From a virus: DNA of 64,000 nucleotides. Of this stretch, positions 1-7,906 are shown in pieces. Position numbers and translations under genes: made by a program. The notes beneath the pieces are model-generated. The model was given only the letters and a program-made list of their open reading frames with translations, did not search any database and was not told the DNA's origin. The stretch lies in IMG/VR virus record IMGVR_UViG_3300045988_120893, positions 1 to 64,000 of that record. The stretch is one strand, 5' to 3'. How positions within the stretch are numbered: the first letter of the stretch is position 1; each line of letters opens with the position of its first letter.

Positions 1-100
1 CGGAACCGTCACCGTAACCGTAACCGTAACCAGAACCGGAACCGTAACCGGAACCGTCACCGTAACCGTAACCGTAACCGTAACCAGAACCGGAACCAAC
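1..100. repeat. Tandem hexamer array (NNNACC)n, about 16 units
   Basis: Read directly: GGAACC GTCACC GTAACC x3 AGAACC GGAACC GTAACC GGAACC GTCACC GTAACC x4 AGAACC GGAACC. The reverse complement gives GGT-NNN codon pairs. Confidence 0.9.
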
Positions 101-115
101 TATTTCATTCTCCAT
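1..115 (-). CDS. Partial CDS (N-terminus only): Gly-Tyr/Gly-Ser/Gly-Asp dipeptide-repeat protein
   Basis: Minus-strand ATG at 113-115, 7 nt downstream of GAGGGGG. Reads MENEIVGSGSGYGYGYGYGDGSGYGSGSGYGYGYGDGS... and runs off the window. Absent from the ORF track because it is truncated. Confidence 0.45.
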   Translation of the reverse strand, partial: MENEIVGSGSGYGYGYGYGDGSGYGSGSGYGYGYGDGS

Positions 116-465
116 TCCTCTACCCCCTCAATAGATGCCTTTGCTTTTGCCGTGCACTCTATAATTTCAATAGCTTCTGTAACTTCGATCCTGTCCACTT
201 CGCAAGCGAATTTACATTTTTCCGGCTTCAGTGTACCGTCCACTGCAAGCTGTGAAAGGCTGTTGGCTCCATCCCAGTACCAGATGCGTCTTACTTTCCT
301 TATTGACACTTCCTTTCCGTTCCTGCTCTCAACATATCCGGCGAATACACCTGCTGAATATGTTCTTACAATGCAATATTTCATACCTTCAAATTCTTCC
401 GCTTTCTGGTTCAAGCTGTCTTTTCTTACATACTCAATACCATCAATCACAATTACATCACTCAT
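100..465 (-). CDS. Hypothetical phage protein (121 aa)
   Basis: Track ORF 100..567. Start moved to Met35 (MSDVIVIDG...) at 465, which has a GAGGA SD and avoids overlap with the upstream gene ending at 485. Confidence 0.6.
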   Translation of the reverse strand: MSDVIVIDGIEYVRKDSLNQKAEEFEGMKYCIVRTYSAGVFAGYVESRNGKEVSIRKVRRIWYWDGANSLSQLAVDGTLKPEKCKFACEVDRIEVTEAIEIIECTAKAKASIEGVEEWRMK

Positions 466-484
466 ACTACTATTCCTCGCTTTC

Positions 485-841
485 TTAATTTTCTTTATAT
501 TTATCTCCACCGCACCACATGTAATCTTCCGCAGGCTCATAATCCATAAGTACAACTTTCTGTTCACCTGCTCCGCACAAGTGATCTCCTTCTCCTAATG
601 CAATGAGATGTTCGCACGTTTCGCACGTTTCACATACTTTTCCAACAATTTCTTTCAGGTTTCCTTTGTAATTCTCTACTTCTGAAACAGGAACATTTAT
701 CTCTGTTATGATTCCTTTTTTTCCTGTTCCTTTATCAATAACAACGTTATCACCAACTTCTGCTTCATAATTACTTATGTAGGTATACTCTTTTCCTACT
801 GGTTTTCCGTTTTTTAAAAATTTCAGCTTAACTAAGTCCAT
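485..841 (-). CDS. Hypothetical phage protein with Cys cluster (CETCETCEH...C...C)
   Basis: 118-aa ORF directly abutting the upstream ATPase gene (stop 842). Same-strand operon context. Confidence 0.6.
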   Translation of the reverse strand: MDLVKLKFLKNGKPVGKEYTYISNYEAEVGDNVVIDKGTGKKGIITEINVPVSEVENYKGNLKEIVGKVCETCETCEHLIALGEGDHLCGAGEQKVVLMDYEPAEDYMWCGGDKYKEN

Positions 842-2785
842 TTACTCCACCTCTACTTTCAATTCATCATCATTAGATACGCATAACTTAATGATCTGGC
901 AATCCATTTCCGGAATATTATAGTCATTGTAAAGATCTGCATCATCCAGGAAGATAGGTGCCTTGATTTCATTCAGTTCCTGCAACGTATTGATAATGTC
1001 CATTCCGGCCATCATCCGTTCCGTTGTTGATGTTGTATTATCTCCATAGTCTGAGCCGTTGATCTGGCAGACACAGCACTCTTCCCATCCTCCATTTTTC
1101 AGCTGGTCGAAAAGCTTCCACTTAATGACTTTGAACATGGAGTTGATTTTCTCAGAAAGCATATCCATCTTCGCACGGATACATTTTTCTATTTCCATGT
1201 CCAGATTTTCCGCTTCCATAAGTCTGTGAGTTACTTCAACCAGTTCCCCAGCAAGATTTTCTACCGCCTGCCGTTTCTTCTCCATGACGGTTTTCAGTGC
1301 AAGTCTTTCTTTTACACCATCAATCTCTGACTGTATTCCGTTTTTCTTCTCTTTAAGTTCAGCCCTCATTCTGTCTGCATCTGATACGTCAATCTTCTGC
1401 AGTTCTTCGTTAAGCCTGTTGTATTCATTCCTGAGTTCCGTCCATCCTTCGATATTCTCAGGAACAACATCTTTTATTTCTTCCAGCTCCTGCATGAGCT
1501 TTGTTTTTTCTCCGTTGTAAGAAACCATTCTTTCCTTCAACGTCTTTATTTCTACAGCGGTCGCATCAATAGCCGCTCTCATTTCTTCTGTAATTTTTTT
1601 ATACTCGTTTCCATCCTCAATGAACCCTTTTAATGTTTTTCTCTGGCTCTCAGAGAAAGACTGTCTTAGTTCTTCCTGTTTTTCTTCCGGATAACTCTGA
1701 CCGCATGCAGGACAGATCAGTTCGTTTTCATCGAACTTCTGTTTTGCCGCCATGTTATATTTCTCTCTGATTTCATCAATATATTTTTCGGAAGCATCTA
1801 TTTTTCTCTGCCGTTCCTCGTTATCTCTCTCAATGTCTTTCAGCTTGTTTCTCACATCATTGAAAGAATATCCGGCGGTATAGATACGGCTCTGTATGTC
1901 TGCACGGGCCTTTCCGATTCTGTCTTTTTCTTCTGCTTCCAGTGAAATCATATTTCCTTTGATATCAGCTATTTCCGTGGAAATACGGTTCTTTTCCTCA
2001 TACATGGAAGCTGTGTTTTCAATAGCTGTTTCCGTATCTGAAATCTCTTTCTCCAATTCAGCAAGTCGAATTTCCTCTTTAGAAAAGTCTACTTCCTGAA
2101 TGGAACTCTGCTCCTGGTCGATTCTGATAGGGATTTCAGCCTGTTTCTTCTTGTATCCCTTGATCGCTTCTTTCGTTACCTTTCGGAACTCTTCCAGCGA
2201 TTTCTTTCCGACTTTTTCTTTCAGTGCAGCATATTCCGGAAGGTTCAGAACATCCGAATCTGTTATATTAGCAATATGCTCTGTGAGGTATTCCCTCTGT
2301 TTCTTCCACGGCATTGCCGGAAATGTGGCCGGATTGATAAGCATGTAGAACACGCTTTCATCCATGATTCCAGCGACTTTTTTCTTGTGCTCCGTTGCCG
2401 TTGTCGGGACACCATCCCAGAAGAACTCCGTCTTGTCTCCCTCATATGTCTTTTCGGAATCTCCTGTATGTCTGACCCATTTCTGCTTCTGGACTTTTCG
2501 GATGGTTGTCTCTTCTCCGTCAATTGAAAGCACGATTTCAGCTACAACATCCACATGGTCGATATTGACACCGTTCTTGTCATATCTTCGTGGGTGGAAG
2601 TGCTTTCCCTCAACATTACCGGTGCTGCTCTTCCCGAAAAGAACCCATGACACCATATCGGCTATGCTGCTCTTTCCGGTGTAGTTCTTCGCATATACAC
2701 TGGATTCTTTACCAAAGGACAGCGTGATGTCCTTAAATACTTTGAAATTTTCCGCATGTGCGGATTTTAAAATTATATGTTTCAT
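842..2785 (-). CDS. Rad50/SbcC-like SMC-family ATPase
   Basis: 647 aa. N-terminal P-loop region (AKNYTGKSSIADMVSWVLFGKSS), a long Glu/Lys-rich coiled coil with a central CPACG (zinc-hook-like CxxC), a C-terminal signature-like STTERMMAGMD and Walker B IFLDDAD. Confidence 0.8.
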   Translation of the reverse strand: MKHIILKSAHAENFKVFKDITLSFGKESSVYAKNYTGKSSIADMVSWVLFGKSSTGNVEGKHFHPRRYDKNGVNIDHVDVVAEIVLSIDGEETTIRKVQKQKWVRHTGDSEKTYEGDKTEFFWDGVPTTATEHKKKVAGIMDESVFYMLINPATFPAMPWKKQREYLTEHIANITDSDVLNLPEYAALKEKVGKKSLEEFRKVTKEAIKGYKKKQAEIPIRIDQEQSSIQEVDFSKEEIRLAELEKEISDTETAIENTASMYEEKNRISTEIADIKGNMISLEAEEKDRIGKARADIQSRIYTAGYSFNDVRNKLKDIERDNEERQRKIDASEKYIDEIREKYNMAAKQKFDENELICPACGQSYPEEKQEELRQSFSESQRKTLKGFIEDGNEYKKITEEMRAAIDATAVEIKTLKERMVSYNGEKTKLMQELEEIKDVVPENIEGWTELRNEYNRLNEELQKIDVSDADRMRAELKEKKNGIQSEIDGVKERLALKTVMEKKRQAVENLAGELVEVTHRLMEAENLDMEIEKCIRAKMDMLSEKINSMFKVIKWKLFDQLKNGGWEECCVCQINGSDYGDNTTSTTERMMAGMDIINTLQELNEIKAPIFLDDADLYNDYNIPEMDCQIIKLCVSNDDELKVEVE

Positions 2786-2805
2786 CCTTTTTCCCCTTTC
2801 TATTA

Positions 2806-3129
2806 TTATTTGAAAGCGTTTACATTTGTGCTAACAACAAGATATATAAACGCTTTGTTTGTTGGCGGAGTGTTCAAATTGTAGTTCCTCCGGAAATATT
2901 TCTTTTTCATATCTTCCGGTGCCGTGCTCCACCATTTTTGTATTGCATAACGGATTCCTGAAAGTATGTTATCCGTTGTAGTTAAAAATCTGGATGCTAA
3001 TTCTATGTATAAGTCCTTCATCCAGATTCTATTGTTTCCTTCCCCAATGATTTCAAGTGCAGCATCCATATATCTTGCACCACGTATGGATTCATCAAAA
3101 CCAAGGAGAAGGAGTTTTTCACTCTTCAA
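2806..3129 (-). CDS. Spo0A C-terminal (DNA-binding effector) domain-like protein, no receiver domain
   Basis: Aligns by eye to the B. subtilis Spo0A effector domain: [16 protein letters not shown] ~ [44 protein letters not shown] ~ [36 protein letters not shown] ~ KPTNSEFI. Start set to TTG 3127-3129 (AGGAG 8 nt upstream), because the longer track ORF overlaps a conserved leader. Confidence 0.7.
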   Translation of the reverse strand: [107 protein letters not shown]

Positions 3130-3151
3130 TAGTCTCACTCCTTTCCGTTTT

Positions 3152-3223
3152 GGAATTTCACCCCGCAAATTTTCAGCCGTCGGCGGTCGCTGTTGCCAGA
3201 CTATACCCCATGGCAACCTGGGG
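3152..3223 (-). promoter_or_regulatory. Conserved structured 5' leader, copy A (partner at 11822..11893)
   Basis: 72 nt. The first 56 nt are identical to the plus-strand copy and the next 16 have 3 substitutions. It is sense to the downstream Spo0A_C-like gene and contains competing helices CCCCA/UGGGG and GUUGCCA/UGGCAAC. Confidence 0.5.
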
Positions 3224-3229
3224 AAATTA

Positions 3230-3287
3230 GTTTCTGTGTTCTTCTGTGTTTCAAATATATAATAATACAGAATTTTGGAAACGTCAA
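3230..3287 (-). promoter_or_regulatory. Promoter P1 with tandem ACACAGAA box
   Basis: Minus strand: TTGACG (3287-3282), 17 nt, TATTAT (3264-3259), then GAAACACAGAAGAACACAGAAAC (3252-3230). Confidence 0.5.
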
Positions 3288-3333
3288 TATAAAAATGATA
3301 AAATTATACAAAAATATATAAAGAGGTTTTCAC

Positions 3334-4731
3334 ATGAAAAGAGTAGGGATATATTGCAGGGTATCTACAGACGGACAGAAAGAGAATACATCTATACCTG
3401 AGCAGAAGGACAGGTTGCTTGCGTTCTGCAAGGCTAAGGGGTGGGTTTGTGTCGATATGTTCATTGACCCTGGGTACAGCGGCGCTTCTCTGGAACGTCC
3501 AGCCATGGAAAGGATGATAAAATCAGTTGTGAATAAAAAGATTGATGTAGTATTAGTAACCAAACTAGACAGGCTTTCAAGATCACAGAAAGATACACTA
3601 TATCTTATAGAAGAATTGTTCCTTCCGAACAATGTAGACTTTGTGTCTGTAGCTGAGTCATTCGATACGACTTCAAGCTATGGCAGGGCCATGATTGGTA
3701 TATTGTCAGCGTTCGCACAGCTGGAGCGGGAATTGATTTCGGAGAGGACTTTCAGCGGACGTGTCGGAAGAGCAAAGGAAGGGAAATGGCATGGTGGCGG
3801 CACCCATCCGATCGGATACGACTATATTGACGGAGAGCTGGTTGTGAATGATTCAGAAGCAGACCAGGTAAGGAAGGTCTATGATCTGTATGCTTCCGGT
3901 GTTCCGATAACTTCGATCTGTGAGAGGATGGAAGGAGAAAAAACGAAACACGGTGACTGGCACCATCCGGAGACTGTTGCGAACGTATTAGACAACCCTC
4001 TGTATTCCGGAGCGATACATTTTGATGATGCAACGAATCCTGGTATTCATACCGCCATCATTCCGAAAGACCTATGGGAAACTGTCAGGGACATAAGAAG
4101 CCGTATAGGAAGATATCCAATGAGGGAAAGCCGGTACATTCTTACCGGTCTTGTTTACTGCAATAACTGCGGTGCCAGATACTTTGTTAAAAAGAACCCG
4201 AACGGCAATAAGTTCTACTGCTGCCATTCAAGAGCAAAGGTAAATAAAAAAATGATAAAAGACCCATCATGCAAGAATAAGAACTGGAGCATACATGAGC
4301 TTGAAGAGAAGGTATATAAGGAGATTAAGAGACTTGCGAAAAATCCGAACTTAATCCGGAACATGAAAAAAGAGCTGCCAAGTGGCAACTCTTTTCATAA
4401 AGCCCATGAGGAGATAGACGGTATCAATATAGAAATTGGTCGTCTTATGGACTTGTACCAGCGAAACGACCAGATTATACAGGTCGGGGAAATTGCAGAA
4501 AGAATCGACGAATTATATCAGAGAAAAGTGGCACTTATGAAGGCATCTCCTGATGAGGGTGTGGTGCGAGGTTTTAGTAAGGAGCGTGCGGTCATGGTGG
4601 TCTCTGATCTTCAGGCGGCCATGCGTGAAAATAATAATATTGATTTCGTCAGGTATTCTTTGCTTCAACTGATTGACCGTATTGAGGTGGATGGGGAGAA
4701 TGTTCATTTCTTGTGGTCATTTGCTGATTGA
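3334..4731 (+). CDS. Large serine recombinase (integrase/resolvase family)
   Basis: N-terminal resolvase catalytic domain (IYCRVSTDGQ, VTKLDRLSRS), recombinase domain (GGGTHPIGYDY), Cys-rich zinc ribbon (CNNCGARY...CCH) and a C-terminal coiled coil. 465 aa. Confidence 0.95.
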   Translation: MKRVGIYCRVSTDGQKENTSIPEQKDRLLAFCKAKGWVCVDMFIDPGYSGASLERPAMERMIKSVVNKKIDVVLVTKLDRLSRSQKDTLYLIEELFLPNNVDFVSVAESFDTTSSYGRAMIGILSAFAQLERELISERTFSGRVGRAKEGKWHGGGTHPIGYDYIDGELVVNDSEADQVRKVYDLYASGVPITSICERMEGEKTKHGDWHHPETVANVLDNPLYSGAIHFDDATNPGIHTAIIPKDLWETVRDIRSRIGRYPMRESRYILTGLVYCNNCGARYFVKKNPNGNKFYCCHSRAKVNKKMIKDPSCKNKNWSIHELEEKVYKEIKRLAKNPNLIRNMKKELPSGNSFHKAHEEIDGINIEIGRLMDLYQRNDQIIQVGEIAERIDELYQRKVALMKASPDEGVVRGFSKERAVMVVSDLQAAMRENNNIDFVRYSLLQLIDRIEVDGENVHFLWSFAD

Positions 4732-4840
4732 TAGGGGAATGTTTGTTCTTACCATTAAGAATTATATAACATATGTAAGTTATCTGTCTTTATCCAAAAT
4801 TAAAATTTTAATGGAATTTCGACCTTTTTCTTACAATTAA

Positions 4841-4875
4841 AAAAGGGCAGAAAATTTATTTTCCGCCCTTTTCTT
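4841..4875. terminator. Bidirectional rho-independent terminator between convergent genes
   Basis: AAAAGGGCAGAAAA-TTT-ATTTTCCGCCCTTTT hairpin with U-runs on both strands. It overlaps the last codons of the 4856..5224 CDS. Confidence 0.6.
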
Positions 4876-5224
4876 CCCTTTTGATTTCCTCATGTTTTTT
4901 TACAACGAAATCCCTGAAAGCCTGGTTCGCATAACGCTTTTTATCTCCGTATTCCAGGCATAATGCGTTAAATGCTTCATAAAGGTCTTTTTCAATGTAT
5001 ATGGTATCCTTTACATAGTTTTCCTTAAATCCTCCGTCTTTTGGAAGAGGATCATATTCTTCTTTCCGCTTTTTCAGTTCTTCCGCAATCTCTTTCAATT
5101 TGCTGTCTTCTGATTCTCCGTCAACAATGCTTTTCACGACATCCGGACGTGATTTGTTCGTTTCCTTCTTCTGCTTCCCTATTTCAGCTAATCTCTTCTT
5201 AATCAGATCATTCGACACGCTCAA
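4856..5224 (-). CDS. Ribbon-helix-helix protein, candidate centromere-binding partner of ParA (ParG-like)
   Basis: 122 aa, overlaps the parA stop. The C-terminal TIYIEKDLYEAFNALCLEYGDKKRYANQAFRDFVVKK fits a beta-strand/helix/helix RHH pattern. The N-terminal half is charged. Confidence 0.5.
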   Translation of the reverse strand: MSVSNDLIKKRLAEIGKQKKETNKSRPDVVKSIVDGESEDSKLKEIAEELKKRKEEYDPLPKDGGFKENYVKDTIYIEKDLYEAFNALCLEYGDKKRYANQAFRDFVVKKHEEIKREEKGGK

Positions 5225-5981
5225 CCATCTCCTTAACTAACTCAATGTAATCCTCTAATGCTTCTGCTTCTTTTTTGTATCTCATGCTTGTGCCGGTAAG
5301 TGCAAATTCTTTCAGTTTCGCCCTTCTCCTTATAACAGTGTCAAACACCATGGAACCGTAACGGCTTCTTATGTTTTCTTCCACTGACCGTTCCAGTGCA
5401 TTACGCATATCTCTACACGTCAGTATGATACCTGCTATCTCTGCCCTTGTATGTCCATTTCCCTTTGCTTCCTTGATGTTATCAACGAATCGGTCTAACG
5501 CATCCATTCCGAACGCATCAGGCATTACAGGAATCATAATGTGGTCTGAACACACGATTGCATTCAGCACCAGGTCGCCAAGGTTCGGCGGGCAATCCAT
5601 CAGAATATAATCATATTCACTTTCAACAAGTCTCAGTGTGTTGTCCAGCTCCCGGATAGGGTTCTGAACCTTCTCCGTGTAGATATACCGACTGAATGTT
5701 ACAAGCATATCGTCAGCTGGCAGCAGGTCAAGATTCTCCTTTGCACGGATGATATATCTGTCTGGCCGCTTCTCCTTGATGGCTTCAAGAACGGTATTGC
5801 CGCTGTTCTCATATATGCTTTTCTGCGTCACCATCTGCGTTGCGTTCCCCTGGCTGTCAAGATCGACAAGGAGAACCTTATACCCTGCGCCTGCCAATAT
5901 GTCCGCCATAATAACTGTAGACGTTGTTTTCCCTACTCCGCCCTTCTGAATTGCTACCATAATCCGTGTAGCCACTGGCAT
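5208..5981 (-). CDS. parA: ParA/Soj-family partition ATPase
   Basis: Deviant Walker A (VAIQKGGVGKTTST), VDLDSQGN, and a typical 257-aa length. Confidence 0.9.
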   Translation of the reverse strand: MPVATRIMVAIQKGGVGKTTSTVIMADILAGAGYKVLLVDLDSQGNATQMVTQKSIYENSGNTVLEAIKEKRPDRYIIRAKENLDLLPADDMLVTFSRYIYTEKVQNPIRELDNTLRLVESEYDYILMDCPPNLGDLVLNAIVCSDHIMIPVMPDAFGMDALDRFVDNIKEAKGNGHTRAEIAGIILTCRDMRNALERSVEENIRSRYGSMVFDTVIRRRAKLKEFALTGTSMRYKKEAEALEDYIELVKEMVERVE

Positions 5982-6000
5982 CCTGCTCCCTTATTCATTT

Positions 6001-6052
6001 TTCTGTATCATACCATCATTCGTTATGTGTTATCAACTGTTGTTTTCTGTAC
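6001..6052 (-). promoter_or_regulatory. Candidate parA promoter with ACAGAA boxes
   Basis: Minus strand: GTACAGAAAACAACAG (6052-6037), TTGATA (6036-6031), 18 nt, TGG-TATGAT (6012-6007), ACAGAA (6006-6001). Confidence 0.4.
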
Positions 6053-6079
6053 TTTCAATATTCATGTTACGCACAATTC

Positions 6080-6727
6080 TTATCCTGCTGCCTTGATGAT
6101 CGCCTTTTTTATTTCTTCTCCTTTTTTGGCTCCGATTCCTTTGATTTTCAAAATCTCTTCCACCATCAGGTCTGCAAATTTTTCTACTTCTTTCTTTTTT
6201 GCTTTCCTGTTTGCTATAGCTCCGAAGATCTGTTTGTTTAATTTTGCGATTTCGTGAAGGTTATTTGTGCTTTTTTCGAAACTTTTTTGTGAAAGTTTCT
6301 TTTTTATCATTTCTTTCTCAACTTCCTCCTTAGCCATAGGAAGTTCAATATCAATACCTGCTTCTTCTTTAATTATTCCTTCGTATGTGGACCAGTTCAC
6401 AAGTTCATCCGTCATAAGACATTCCGTTTTCAGTACATATCTGTCAATGAAACGTTCAAGATCTTCTTTTTTGAACTCAAATTCATCCATAAGTACCAAC
6501 AGGCTCATTGCTTCTATGTTTTTAATCGTGTTCTTTTGAAATTCGTCAATGGTAACTTCGGCAGCTTTCAGCATTTCATTTTTTGACAATGGCAAACTGA
6601 ACTTATGTACGTTCCTGAATTTTATTTCTTCCTCTATCGCTTCTGCTCCGCCTTTTTTGCAAAGTAAAAGTGCTGCATTTAATCCTCTGCAGTATGCCTG
6701 GTTCATTTCTTCTGCGTTCATTCTCAT
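6080..6727 (-). CDS. Hypothetical protein (215 aa)
   Basis: Long ORF in an operon with its neighbours. Lys/Glu-rich C-terminus. No motif recognised. Confidence 0.6.
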   Translation of the reverse strand: MRMNAEEMNQAYCRGLNAALLLCKKGGAEAIEEEIKFRNVHKFSLPLSKNEMLKAAEVTIDEFQKNTIKNIEAMSLLVLMDEFEFKKEDLERFIDRYVLKTECLMTDELVNWSTYEGIIKEEAGIDIELPMAKEEVEKEMIKKKLSQKSFEKSTNNLHEIAKLNKQIFGAIANRKAKKKEVEKFADLMVEEILKIKGIGAKKGEEIKKAIIKAAG

Positions 6728-6996
6728 TTTCTTCCCACCTCCATCATTAAATCATTCCTGGGTGCTGTTCTTCTGATTCTTACCGGCTTCTTCGACATTT
6801 CATCCACTATGCTAAGCGGCATGATCGAAACCTGGTAGCCTTGTGCTTTGTTCGCAAGTGCCAATCCACCACTTAGAAGATATGCACAAAAGGCATGGTA
6901 AATCTTGTTTTCTTTCTTTATTTTTTCCATCTCTTTCTCATTTGAAGAAATCTTTTTAAATTTTTTTCTGTTCTTTGCTTTTTCCCACCTATCCAT
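6724..6996 (-). CDS. Hypothetical protein (90 aa)
   Basis: ORF with a 4-nt stop/start overlap to the downstream gene. Confidence 0.5.
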   Translation of the reverse strand: MDRWEKAKNRKKFKKISSNEKEMEKIKKENKIYHAFCAYLLSGGLALANKAQGYQVSIMPLSIVDEMSKKPVRIRRTAPRNDLMMEVGRK

Positions 6997-7029
6997 CTTC
7001 TTCCCATCCTTTCTTTCAATTACTTTCTT

Positions 7030-7527
7030 TTAGCTTTTTTTCTTGTTTTTGCATATCGTTACGGCAATCGTTTCTTTTGTTGTTCCCATCTCTTCCGCTA
7101 TCTGTTGATGTGTCCATCCGGCATCTCTTAATGCTAATATTTTCCCGATATCAAGTTTGTTTCGTTTCTTCTTTTTTTCTTCTGGCTCCTGCGGATCCTG
7201 TGTCCCTTCTGATTCATCTGATTCTGTCTCTTCCTTCACTTCTTCCTGTGCTTTCTCCAGAAAGTCGCCCATCATTGATGTTGGCACAACTAATTCCGGT
7301 TCTGTACTCACTTCTTCCGGTTCTGTGACAACTTCATGGTTGTTCGCATAATCCAGAATCTTATTCACGCAATCGGGATGGTAATCACGTTCCCACTGCT
7401 CACGTAAGAAGTCAGATACAATATCTCCGGTTTCCGTATCAACCCTGTTCGCTATGAGCCTTATATTTTCTCCTTTAATTTCTTTCTTGCAAAAATCACA
7501 CATAATAATTTTTTTAACCATTTTCAT
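7030..7527 (-). CDS. Hypothetical protein with N-terminal CxxC and C-terminal HTH
   Basis: CDFCKKE near the N-terminus, an acidic linker, and a C-terminal ILALRDAGWTHQQIAEEMGTTKETI (HTH-like). Confidence 0.6.
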   Translation of the reverse strand: MKMVKKIIMCDFCKKEIKGENIRLIANRVDTETGDIVSDFLREQWERDYHPDCVNKILDYANNHEVVTEPEEVSTEPELVVPTSMMGDFLEKAQEEVKEETESDESEGTQDPQEPEEKKKKRNKLDIGKILALRDAGWTHQQIAEEMGTTKETIAVTICKNKKKS

Positions 7528-7540
7528 ATACTCCTTCCTA

Positions 7541-7861
7541 TCATTCTCTCACATAAGAACGATATGCTGCTTCTTTCCGTTTCCTTATCTCCGCAACCCT
7601 CTGACTGCTTGCAAGTTCCGGATTGTCATGCTGCAGTTTCTGCCTTGCCCTTCTGACACTTTCAAATGGCGGAAATCCATAGTCCTTCATGTGGAGAAGG
7701 AACCTTGGAATTGACATACTATCAATATCAACTCCGTTCTTCTGTCCATAACGCTTCAGCACCATGTAATAAAGGTAATTATCATCATCCCTTGATTTTC
7801 GGTCAGATTCCAATATTTCCTTCACTGTTTCCGTTGTTCCTTGTAATCTTTCTTTCGACAC
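7541..7861 (-). CDS. Hypothetical phage protein (106 aa)
   Basis: ORF in operon context. No motif recognised. Confidence 0.6.
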   Translation of the reverse strand: MSKERLQGTTETVKEILESDRKSRDDDNYLYYMVLKRYGQKNGVDIDSMSIPRFLLHMKDYGFPPFESVRRARQKLQHDNPELASSQRVAEIRKRKEAAYRSYVRE

Positions 7862-7906
7862 ACATTTTTCTCCTTTCCGGACTTTAATCTAATTCAATGG
7901 ATTGTG

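Noticed and set aside
1-100. Hexamer array as a telomere, satellite or CRISPR
   Set aside because: The 6-bp period is kept strictly in frame, with an SD and ATG at 113-115. It reads as Gly-X dipeptide codons, so a coding repeat is the simpler explanation.
2806-3216. Long form (136 aa) of the Spo0A_C-like ORF
   Set aside because: Its first 29 codons are the conserved leader element, which also occurs upstream of an unrelated gene. A TTG with a good AGGAG SD at 3129 matches the start of the homology to Spo0A.
3152-3223. Assignment of the duplicated leader to a known riboswitch class (ZTP/pfl, guanidine, preQ1, c-di-GMP)
   Set aside because: Short similarities exist, such as CUGGC and GCGACCGCC against the ZTP core. 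However, the order and spacing of the elements do not fit any consensus I can recall.
4732-4855. attP next to the serine recombinase gene
   Set aside because: Only weak inverted 7-mers are present (CCATTAA at 4752 and TTAATGG at 4812). Without the bacterial attB or attL/attR junctions nothing can be supported.
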